DNA of 43,898 nt, from positions 1-43,898 of the IMG/VR virus record IMGVR_UViG_3300037350_000014. The stretch is one strand, 5' to 3'. Position numbers and translations under genes: made by a program. Source of the stretch: a virus. Taxonomy: Duplodnaviria; Caudoviricetes. Of the stretch, positions 1 to 7,216 are shown in pieces. The notes beneath the pieces are model-generated. The model did no database searches and was not told where the DNA came from. It worked only from the letters and a program-made list of their open reading frames with translations. Every line of letters starts with the position of its first letter. The first letter of the stretch is position 1.

Positions 1-221
1 TCCACGCCGCTCCCTTTCCGACTCGTTTCGGGTAGACGGCCCAAAATTGGTCGAAGTCTTCCTCCAGCGCGGTCTTTGCGCGAGAGGGTTTGATCTTGTC
101 TGCTTCTGCTTCTGCTTCTGCTTCTGCTTCTGCATTGTCTACACAACTGTCATTGTGCTTGACGGTCAATGACGAATTGCGACGTTCGGTGACACCCTTG
201 CTACGCGAACGGTACTCGGCC
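1..221. repeat. Terminal direct repeat, left copy (circular assembly overlap)
   Basis: 1-221 is identical to 43684-43898 except for one extra TCTGCT unit. Confidence 0.97.
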
Positions 222-571
222 TGCCTGACTCGGTTGTACTCCCTGCGCTCGTCGGCCCCCATGCGCGCCCGGTACTTCGAGTGGTTCACGACGAACCAGC
301 CACCCTCTACGATGAGGATTCGACGCCCCTCGTGTTCCTTGGACCGGGAGTGCTCGTCTGGTGAGTTGAGTTTTTCGAGCGACCGTTGAACAGCTTCCAT
401 CGGCAGTTGGGCAAACTTAGCCAGTCCAGGCAGGCTCCCTTCTACCGTTCCGTGCCTATCGGCCATCGCCAACATAGTGATCCAGACGATGCGAGTCTCG
501 TTATCCTCGCACCAGATGCTTGAGGCGAGTATCGAGTTGAACAGTTTCGTGTATCCAGCCATCGGCATCAT
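1..571 (-). CDS. Phage replication initiator / replisome organiser, 5' part (continues across the junction to 43148)
   Basis: Open frame from ATG 571/568/562 (MAGYTKLFNSILASSIWCED..RIVWITMLAMADRHGTV..GWFVVNHSKYR) is in frame with ORF 43148..43846; wHTH-like N-domain, linker and (AE)n tract. Confidence 0.8.
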   Translation of the reverse strand, partial: MMPMAGYTKLFNSILASSIWCEDNETRIVWITMLAMADRHGTVEGSLPGLAKFAQLPMEAVQRSLEKLNSPDEHSRSKEHEGRRILIVEGGWFVVNHSKYRARMGADERREYNRVRQAEYRSRSKGVTERRNSSLTVKHNDSCVDNAEAEAEAEAEADKIKPSRAKTALEEDFDQFWAVYPKRVGKGAAW

Positions 572-633
572 TTGTAGCACACCTGTCAATAGCCAACTGC
601 GACAATACTGCGACACGCCGTGACGCCGTGACG

Positions 634-1014
634 CTACGTCGTTATTCTGGAGGCGATCCCTCGCTCCTTGAAAAACTCCGCGACCCAAATGATCGCCTTC
701 CCGTTCGTTACATCCTCCGGCAGCACGCGCATCACGTGCCACCCGAGGATCGCCGCCGCGTTCAACTTCTCCTGATCCTGCCGATACCCGGCACCGCGGT
801 TGTGCCGTCCACCGCCAGGTAGGAACACGCCGCCGTCTATCTCCATCGCCAGCATGATCGACGGTGCGATCAACCACGACGCGTCGAACCGCCATTTGCG
901 CGTTGGGTGGAACACGCGCTCGGGGGTAGGCTCGGGCAGTCCCGCGTACCCGCATTGCTGCGCGAGCACGCGGAACGCCTCGCCCTTCCGACTACTGCCC
1001 TGCCGCTGCGACAT
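634..1014 (-). CDS. DUF559/Vsr-like PD-(D/E)XK endonuclease
   Basis: Motifs FHPTRKWRFD..EIDGG..GRHNRG..DQEKLNAA..GWHVMR typical of this phage family. Confidence 0.8.
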   Translation of the reverse strand: MSQRQGSSRKGEAFRVLAQQCGYAGLPEPTPERVFHPTRKWRFDASWLIAPSIMLAMEIDGGVFLPGGGRHNRGAGYRQDQEKLNAAAILGWHVMRVLPEDVTNGKAIIWVAEFFKERGIASRITT

Positions 1015-1195
1015 TGGGCGCCGGAAGTGCTGCTGGCTTGCGCTTCCTTAGGGCTGACCTCACACTCGTCACGCCGACGAGGATGTGCTTGGCGTTGACA
1101 AGCCCCTCGATCTCTTGGTCGCGCTGCGCCTTGACGTCTGCGATCTTCGCGTCAATCGCTGCAATCGCTTTGTTCACTCCTGACAATTTCGCCAT
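992..1195 (-). CDS. Hypothetical coiled-coil protein
   Basis: GGAGA SD 5 nt before ATG 1195; helical sequence MAKLSGVNKAIAAIDAKIADVK. Confidence 0.6.
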   Translation of the reverse strand: MAKLSGVNKAIAAIDAKIADVKAQRDQEIEGLVNAKHILVGVTSVRSALRKRKPAALPAPNVAAAGQ

Positions 1196-1330
1196 TCGAT
1201 TCTCCATTCCGGTTGTTGTCGCGTCCGGTTTCTCTCCCACCGGCAAAGTCACGCGCGATGCGCTCTCGCGTTCAACGGCACGTCTTTCCGTGCGGCCCAT
1301 TGGACTCGGCTTGCGCCAGAGCACCCAATC

Positions 1331-1591
1331 TCAGTACGAGACGCGGACGCGGACGCCGCCGTGCTTCTTCAACGCCGAGATGATCTTGCGGTACGCCGCC
1401 TGTGTGTCGCCGTCAGACGTCGCGCCGATCAGCTCATGTAGCCGATCGATGTCCTCCGGCGCGTGCAGCATCCACTCGCGCCCGTGCCCGAACCCGGCCT
1501 GCATCCCCTGCAAGACCAGTTGGCCCTTTCGCAGTTCAATCTGCGTGCCGCGCTCGGGCCACCACTCGACGATCGGTTGTGTCGCTGCCAT
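1331..1591 (-). CDS. Hypothetical protein
   Basis: ATG directly after the upstream TAG; codon usage like neighbouring genes. Confidence 0.6.
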   Translation of the reverse strand: MAATQPIVEWWPERGTQIELRKGQLVLQGMQAGFGHGREWMLHAPEDIDRLHELIGATSDGDTQAAYRKIISALKKHGGVRVRVSY

Positions 1592-1891
1592 CTACTTCGT
1601 CTCCTTCGCTGGGTTGACTTCAAACTTCCCGCACGCCGGCCAGCCCGCGCGCCAGTCGGTGTCTTGGCCTTGCGAGATTCCGTACTTCTGGCACTTCAGG
1701 AACGACGGCCCTTCGGCTCCGTGCGGCCTCACGCGGAGCAGGAACCGGCACGCGCGGCACGTCACGCCGTCGATGCCGTACGCGCCGTGTGCGTCCTGCA
1801 TCGATCGCATACGCGCCTGAGATAGCCGGTAAATGCGCTGCTTGCGCGTCTCGGCGCCGTGCCGAAACTCCACGGCCTGCGAATCAGCCAC
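1592..1891 (-). CDS. Hypothetical Cys-rich protein
   Basis: CRAC..KC..WPACGKF motif; overlaps the upstream gene by 8 nt. Confidence 0.65.
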   Translation of the reverse strand: MADSQAVEFRHGAETRKQRIYRLSQARMRSMQDAHGAYGIDGVTCRACRFLLRVRPHGAEGPSFLKCQKYGISQGQDTDWRAGWPACGKFEVNPAKETK

Positions 1892-2894
1892 GGTCGCCCC
1901 AGTTCAGTTCGTCCGCGTCAGGAACGATGCCCGGATCATCCTCGTGAACCGTGGCAACCTGGACCGCCGCGAGCGCCGCGCGCAACTGCTCAATCGTGGC
2001 AGGCGTCGGCGCCTTCACGCCCACATTCACCAACACCGACGCGAACACCTCGCGCGACACGCCGTTAGCCTGACAGGCGTCCTTGATGGCCTGCATGACC
2101 GTCGCGCGCTCGTCCATCGCTTCGCTCAACGGCGTCGTAGTGGCCGGAGCGCCGCCGCGCGCCCATGCGCCCAAGTCGATACCCGATTGCTCGGTGATCG
2201 CCTTATCGATCGGGAAGAACGGTTTCAACGCTTGCGGGAGCTTGATCGGGTGCGGCACGCCTGGACGATCCGCCATCAGCAGGAAGCTCGCGGTCATCTC
2301 GAACGGCAGCGACTTCTCGCAGATCGGAATCCAGCCATCGAGGCCGGTCAGTGATTGCTTCGGAACGACCCTCAGTTGACCGCCCTCCTTGACCATCTCG
2401 ATCTTCGGCTCAGCGCGGAAACAGAGGATGATGTGCGCGCGCATCTGGAGGAGCTTGTTGACCATCTGCTTGTGCGACATCTTCGGCTTGATCCACGAGG
2501 CCATCTTGACGCGCTCCCGCTTGCCGAAGTCATTCCCGGCCATGCGGACCATTTCTTCCTCCTGCCAGTCGAGGATTCCCCCGTCGCCCGCCCACTCGTG
2601 CGAAGCGGAGTCCACCACGATCACCGGGTAGTGCGCGTCGTCTGCCGCCTTGATTGCCGCCGCGTAGGCGTCAGGCCGGAACGGTGCGCGGAGGTCGCCG
2701 TGATCGAACTTGAACGAGTCCGCGTAGTGCTTCGCGCGTCCCGCTTCCGTGTCGATGACGGCAAAGGGCTTGTCGCCCGCGAGTCCTTTCGCGAGTCGCA
2801 TCGCAGAGAAAGTCTTGCCTGATCCGGTACCTCCCGAGAGTCCGATCAGTAGCGAGACGTTCTCTCTGGTCGCCGGCCGAAATGAAAAGCTCAT
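1884..2894 (-). CDS. Sak4-like / AAA_24 P-loop ATPase (phage recombination protein)
   Basis: Walker A GGTGSGKT, IDTE motif, Walker B VIVVDS; ATG 2894 in an ATGA overlap; near the RecE-like gene. Confidence 0.85.
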   Translation of the reverse strand: MSFSFRPATRENVSLLIGLSGGTGSGKTFSAMRLAKGLAGDKPFAVIDTEAGRAKHYADSFKFDHGDLRAPFRPDAYAAAIKAADDAHYPVIVVDSASHEWAGDGGILDWQEEEMVRMAGNDFGKRERVKMASWIKPKMSHKQMVNKLLQMRAHIILCFRAEPKIEMVKEGGQLRVVPKQSLTGLDGWIPICEKSLPFEMTASFLLMADRPGVPHPIKLPQALKPFFPIDKAITEQSGIDLGAWARGGAPATTTPLSEAMDERATVMQAIKDACQANGVSREVFASVLVNVGVKAPTPATIEQLRAALAAVQVATVHEDDPGIVPDADELNWGDRG

Positions 2895-3121
2895 AGCGAT
2901 GCTCCGCGATGGTAATTGTTCCGTATGTCTCGAATTGTTGAAACTGGACCCCCGTCCAGTTTGAGCAGGGCGCCACGCACAGCCGAAGTTACATTGCCAA
3001 CCACCAGCGCACGGACCACTGGAGTAAGGGACAAGTGGCATATTGATTCACTGATGATGTCAGCCAGAAGTGGTCCAGTTTCCCACTCCTCAGCGAGACG
3101 CATTCGCTTTTCCAAGTCCAT
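2891..3121 (-). CDS. Small hypothetical protein between the recombination genes
   Basis: TGATG overlap upstream and ATGA overlap downstream; 76 aa. Confidence 0.6.
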   Translation of the reverse strand: MDLEKRMRLAEEWETGPLLADIISESICHLSLTPVVRALVVGNVTSAVRGALLKLDGGPVSTIRDIRNNYHRGASL

Positions 3122-3975
3122 CACAGCGTACCTCCCGATTCCTTCGTCAACCATGCCGACTCGACCCACGTCGGCAGATCGGCGTAGCACGTCCGCTGCG
3201 GATACGCCGGCCACTTGTCTGACTCCAAGCACTTACCCCACTCCTCGATCGCGTACAGGCATTTCTTCTCGGCCAGTAGGAGCGCGCCAGGCGACAACGC
3301 AACCACGCTCGTCGCGAACGGCGGATACGTCTCGACAAACGCGAAACGGAAGATCGAATCGTGGCCGGTCACGGCTTTCAGGCCGCGCAGGTAGAACGCG
3401 GCTTGCAGGTCGTAGCCGTTGCCGAACAGCGTCCGCGAAATCGCCTCCGGGTTGGCCGTCGTGCTCGTCGTCTTGAGATCATCGATCGCGGCGAGGTCAT
3501 CGCGGAGCCAGTCGAGACGCGCCCGGCACCACACGCCGTTCTCTTCCTGCCACGTCAGCGTATGCTCGGCTCGGCCCTCAGTGAACAAGATCGGCCGGTC
3601 CTTCATCGCGTCCAGTTGCGTGCGCGCGGCCTTCGCCATCGCTTGCACATCGCCCCACACTTTGCTGAGCAAAGGGTTTTTCCCCTCGGCGCGCGCCGCG
3701 TCTCGTGCCTCTTGCGCGGCCTTGGTGCGGTAGTCGTTCGCCTCGATGATGACGACGTTCATATCACCTTGGAGTAGAAGGTCATGCGCGGCCGTGCCCA
3801 AGTCGAACGCGCCGGATTCCTCCGGCTCGTAGTTCGGGTTGAGCTTCGGGTGCATCGTCCAGGCGTGCCGCGGCGAATCGTTGCACAGCACTTTCGCGAT
3901 CGACGATGACAGCGACGGTGACGGGCACGGGTCCGCGTGATACTGCGCGGCGGAAATCGTGAGCAGGTCAGACAT
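3121..3975 (-). CDS. RecE/ExoVIII-like PD-(D/E)XK exonuclease (DUF3799-like)
   Basis: YHAD..LSSS, LGTAAH, CRARLDWL..IDDLKTT, GYDLQAAFY motifs; ATG 3975. Confidence 0.88.
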   Translation of the reverse strand: MSDLLTISAAQYHADPCPSPSLSSSIAKVLCNDSPRHAWTMHPKLNPNYEPEESGAFDLGTAAHDLLLQGDMNVVIIEANDYRTKAAQEARDAARAEGKNPLLSKVWGDVQAMAKAARTQLDAMKDRPILFTEGRAEHTLTWQEENGVWCRARLDWLRDDLAAIDDLKTTSTTANPEAISRTLFGNGYDLQAAFYLRGLKAVTGHDSIFRFAFVETYPPFATSVVALSPGALLLAEKKCLYAIEEWGKCLESDKWPAYPQRTCYADLPTWVESAWLTKESGGTL

Positions 3976-4294
3976 GGGGACCGCCTTGCAGTGTGCGCTC
4001 GATGCACTCGACCACAGCGACGGCTTGCGCGACCGCTTCGTCGCGCGTCTTGCCGATGCCGATGACAAGGCCGTCGAAGTCCGACACCTCGGTATTCAGC
4101 CACACCACCCAATCGCCGCCATCGCCGCCGTCTTGGAAGATGTGCAGGTTGTGCGCGTCGAGAATTGACGCGCGTTCCTCGGTCGTCTCTTTCGGTTCGC
4201 GGGAGACGTGGTGTAGGCGCTCGGTGCCGTCTGCGTGCTTGTGCCAGCCCGCATCGTGAATCCGCAATTCGGTAGGGGGTAAATCAGACTCCAT
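3968..4294 (-). CDS. Hypothetical protein
   Basis: GAGGAGG SD before ATG 4294. Confidence 0.65.
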   Translation of the reverse strand: MESDLPPTELRIHDAGWHKHADGTERLHHVSREPKETTEERASILDAHNLHIFQDGGDGGDWVVWLNTEVSDFDGLVIGIGKTRDEAVAQAVAVVECIERTLQGGPHV

Positions 4295-4349
4295 CGGTTC
4301 CTCCTCGCGCCCTTATCGGCGCATCAGCGTCACGAACACTATCAAACGG

Positions 4350-4475
4350 TCAGGGCATTTGCAAGCGCGTCGGATCGGTCGCCCATCGCCCGATTAAGAA
4401 CAGCGCCAGCGCCCACGCGCCGACGACAATCCACACGAGCGCCCACGCCAGCCGCGTACAGTTCGCGCGGGTCAT
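4350..4475 (-). CDS. Small single-TM membrane protein
   Basis: ATGA-coupled; hydrophobic LAWALVWIVVGAWALALFLI. Confidence 0.55.
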   Translation of the reverse strand: MTRANCTRLAWALVWIVVGAWALALFLIGRWATDPTRLQMP

Positions 4476-4846
4476 TCTGGACCCCGGTCCCACTCCGCGA
4501 GACGCATCCCGCGAATCTGCCGCGCAATGTGCGCCGGCGTCGGTCCACGAGTCGAACCCATCAGAAACCACCGCGCCGCGCTCGGTTCGTTGTTCACCCG
4601 CGCGGCCCAAAGCTTCTCTGTGGCCTGCATGGATGCTCGCTCGCTCCGTGTCCACGGGATTCCATCGCCAGGATCGGGGGCCGTCAATAGCGCCGTGATG
4701 ACGTCGTGCGCGCGCTTCGCCGTCTCGTGACGGTTTCCGGCGTGGCCGACCGGCATCAGGTCGCGCCATCGTCCGCGCTTGAGCGGTCCTTTCGGCGTGC
4801 GTGGCGGTCGCTGCACGCGCCACCAGTCGTTTACCTTCGTCGCCAT
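4472..4846 (-). CDS. Hypothetical protein
   Basis: GAGGGTG SD-like sequence before ATG 4846; coupled to the next gene. Confidence 0.55.
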   Translation of the reverse strand: MATKVNDWWRVQRPPRTPKGPLKRGRWRDLMPVGHAGNRHETAKRAHDVITALLTAPDPGDGIPWTRSERASMQATEKLWAARVNNEPSAARWFLMGSTRGPTPAHIARQIRGMRLAEWDRGPE

Positions 4847-4848
4847 CG

Positions 4849-5250
4849 TCACACCCTCGGGTCCAAGTCCCATCGGTTCGCCGGGTTGTCGTAGTAGTCG
4901 AACTCGCGCGCCGCCGACTCCGCGCACCGATCGCACCACGCGTACACGTCCTCGCGCGTCTCGATACTCACCATCTCTGCGGCCGGCCGATAGTCGCCGC
5001 ACTTGTCGCACTTCTCCGACCGCATCAGCAACGCGCCGCGGCAGTCGATGCACAGGTCGTCATCGCCTTCATTCGGTGCGATGCACGGCTGGCCCGTCGC
5101 TTCGCCGCACGACGCGCAGTAGCAGTCCGGGCAATCCTTCTTCGGCATCGTCTCGCCGTCGTACTCGTCCTCGTCGTCAACCTCGGCGGTGCCCTCGCAT
5201 CGCTGGCAGTACATCGCCTTGGCTTGCGCTTCCGTCAGTACGCGAATCAT
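4849..5250 (-). CDS. Multi-CxxC zinc-finger-like acidic protein
   Basis: CQRC, CPDC, CASC, CIDC, CDKC and CDRC in 133 aa; GAGGAG SD; ATGA overlap. Confidence 0.7.
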   Translation of the reverse strand: MIRVLTEAQAKAMYCQRCEGTAEVDDEDEYDGETMPKKDCPDCYCASCGEATGQPCIAPNEGDDDLCIDCRGALLMRSEKCDKCGDYRPAAEMVSIETREDVYAWCDRCAESAAREFDYYDNPANRWDLDPRV

Positions 5251-5480
5251 CGTCCCGCTCCTCTCACAATCAAGCGCCCGCGGCCTTCGCACGTCGGGCA
5301 GGTATCCGGTGGGACGCGCTTTGACACGTCCCGGTGACGGTAGGAGTTCACGCGCTCGGCCGAACCCGGCCGCAGACCAACGCCGAGACACGTCGAGCAC
5401 TGCTCGACCGGGAACCCGTACGGCCACACGTCGCCGGGCCAGCGTCCGCGATGCTTCGGCGGAGTGAACGCGCTACCCAC
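5247..5480 (-). CDS. Small protein with two CxxCxGxG (DnaJ-type) motifs
   Basis: CSTCLGVG and CPTCEGRG. Confidence 0.6.
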   Translation of the reverse strand: MGSAFTPPKHRGRWPGDVWPYGFPVEQCSTCLGVGLRPGSAERVNSYRHRDVSKRVPPDTCPTCEGRGRLIVRGAGR

Positions 5481-5685
5481 GGGGTTTCTCCAGCATGTAC
5501 ACGCGCGGTTGTGACTCCAACGCCGAGAGATACGATCGCTGAGTTTCGGACAGCCCGATCGAGAGTCCGATCACCCCCGCGATCAAAGCCTCCTCGCGTG
5601 TCATGCCGTGCCGAGTCATCTGCACAATCGCGCGACACCACGAGCAATCGACGGCCCGTTCTTCGATCAGTTTCCACTTACCCAT
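5473..5685 (-). CDS. Hypothetical protein
   Basis: 8-nt overlaps with both neighbours; GGAGG SD; CxxC. Confidence 0.55.
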   Translation of the reverse strand: MGKWKLIEERAVDCSWCRAIVQMTRHGMTREEALIAGVIGLSIGLSETQRSYLSALESQPRVYMLEKPRG

Positions 5686-6106
5686 GTTTCACCGCCTCCC
5701 AGTCCGCCAGCGGGCGCCCGGTGAACTCGTACGCCCGCACCTTCGCGCGCACGGCCGGCGTGATGTCCTCGGGCACCGCGAGCGGGAGCCACACGTACGC
5801 CGTGCCCGTGATGCCGTGATGCCGCGTGGTCCGATTGATAATCACCATCCGATACGGGCGCTTGCGACAGTCACGAATCCGCGCCGACCATCCCGCGAAC
5901 CCGCCGATCGCCTGAAACGCGCGCCCGTCAATCCAGGTCGAGGGACGCCGCACAAACAGATCGCGGACACTCTCGGTCATCGTGTCAGGCGCGAACTCGT
6001 GCGCGATCAGGTCGGGGCCGTTGTCGCCGCGCGGCGGTTCGGTCGCCGGATCACGCGCCAGCGCGCGCAAGTGGTCGATCGGGAGCTGAGATCGAAAGTC
6101 CGTCAT
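5678..6106 (-). CDS. Putative winged-helix DNA-binding protein
   Basis: WIDG..IGG..WSARIRDCRK..MVIINR resembles phage wHTH proteins; ATGA-coupled. Confidence 0.5.
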   Translation of the reverse strand: MTDFRSQLPIDHLRALARDPATEPPRGDNGPDLIAHEFAPDTMTESVRDLFVRRPSTWIDGRAFQAIGGFAGWSARIRDCRKRPYRMVIINRTTRHHGITGTAYVWLPLAVPEDITPAVRAKVRAYEFTGRPLADWEAVKHG

Positions 6107-6240
6107 GGTCGCCGCCTTCCGCGTTCGTCGTCCGTCAATTCCACGATGCGATACACGCACCACACGAGCGCGACGACGGCCAGCACCGCCGCCGCGCTCA
6201 CACCCCATACCGCGAGCCGGTAGAACGCCGCGTCCGTCAC
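6103..6240 (-). CDS. Small single-TM membrane protein
   Basis: GTGA/ATGA coupling; LAVWGVSAAAVLAVVALVWCVY. Confidence 0.55.
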   Translation of the reverse strand: MTDAAFYRLAVWGVSAAAVLAVVALVWCVYRIVELTDDERGRRRP

Positions 6241-6446
6241 TGGCCCGGCTCCTTCAGTGCGTACCGGCCAACATCGTTGCCGTTGATGTCTCGGATGGTT
6301 TGAAACTGGCGGTACTCACTCGGCTCGGCGCTCTCGATGTCATCCGCGATGACGCGCAGAATACGCGCGAGCTCAACGCCGGGATGGGACACGTCGTCAT
6401 CGTGGAAGGCCGCATTATCTGTGTCGATCTTGAGCGTAAACGTCAT
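6237..6446 (-). CDS. Conserved small phage protein
   Basis: MTFTLKIDTDNAAF..ELARILR..IRDINGNDVG pattern familiar from phage early regions. Confidence 0.7.
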   Translation of the reverse strand: MTFTLKIDTDNAAFHDDDVSHPGVELARILRVIADDIESAEPSEYRQFQTIRDINGNDVGRYALKEPGQ

Positions 6447-6454
6447 AATCGGCC

Positions 6455-6883
6455 TCAGTCCTGCTCTGCGTAGAGGAACGTCTCGTACTGGTCTCCGAGC
6501 ACACGCTGAAGCGCCTCGCCAGACCGCACACACGCGCGGTACGTCGATTCGGCCTTGCGGGAATCCGTGTCGTATCCGAGGTCGCCACACCAGTCCTCGA
6601 ACGCCTGATCGACTGCCATCGAATCTGACAAGAGGCACGAGAGCACGTCTGATACAGTCGGATCGTCGGTGTGGGCGGAACCTTGCCAGAAGTCCAGCGA
6701 CATCGCGCGACGCGCGTAGCGCAACTGGACGCGGTAGCCGGTCGCCTGTTTCTGCCAGTCGTCGCGACGGTCCCACGGTAGCAAGGCTTCGCCAGTCACG
6801 CGCAAGGTGACGCCGAGTTTTCTGCACAAGCCTTTCACGGTCGGACGTTCGGGTGATTCCGTGGCTGTCTGTTCGGTTCGCAT
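6455..6883 (-). CDS. Conserved phage hypothetical protein
   Basis: DVLSCLLSD..FEDWCGDLGYDTDSRKA..YRAC motif; GAGG SD. Confidence 0.7.
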   Translation of the reverse strand: MRTEQTATESPERPTVKGLCRKLGVTLRVTGEALLPWDRRDDWQKQATGYRVQLRYARRAMSLDFWQGSAHTDDPTVSDVLSCLLSDSMAVDQAFEDWCGDLGYDTDSRKAESTYRACVRSGEALQRVLGDQYETFLYAEQD

Positions 6884-6929
6884 AATCGCGCCTCTACTCA
6901 CTCTCGCGCGGAACCCGCCGCGCGTCGGT

Positions 6930-7115
6930 CTATCGTTCACGTTTCGCGCAGTACGTTGCCCGGGCAATCGCAATACTCAAGCCGTCCGCGTCGTCTCGAT
7001 ACGAACTGTCAGCCGTCGCGCAAGTAAAGCCGTCGCGATAGACGGTCAGTTGGCCATCACCACGCCGAACCGTCCACGCGCCCGATTGCCACAGAATCGC
7101 GGATTCTCGCATCAT
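6930..7115 (-). CDS. Hypothetical protein
   Basis: GGAGG SD; coupled to the upstream small ORF. Confidence 0.55.
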   Translation of the reverse strand: MMRESAILWQSGAWTVRRGDGQLTVYRDGFTCATADSSYRDDADGLSIAIARATYCAKRER

Positions 7116-7216
7116 CGCCTCCCGTACCGCACTCGCGCGATGCTCTCGCCCAGCACCAACCCAGCCACGACAGCCGCAGGAACCCCAAGAACCAGGAACA
7201 GAAACGCCGTCATCAT
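7112..7216 (-). CDS. Small single-TM protein (34 aa)
   Basis: ATGA overlaps at both ends; FLFLVLGVPAAVVAGLVLG. Confidence 0.5.
   Translation of the reverse strand: MMTAFLFLVLGVPAAVVAGLVLGESIARVRYGRR

Noticed and set aside
99-134. ON/OFF phase variation by the hexamer tract
   Set aside because: A 6-bp unit keeps the reading frame
1-221. Terminal repeat as the physical direct terminal repeat of virion DNA
   Set aside because: It falls in the middle of the initiator gene at a microsatellite, so an assembly overlap of a circular or permuted genome is more likely
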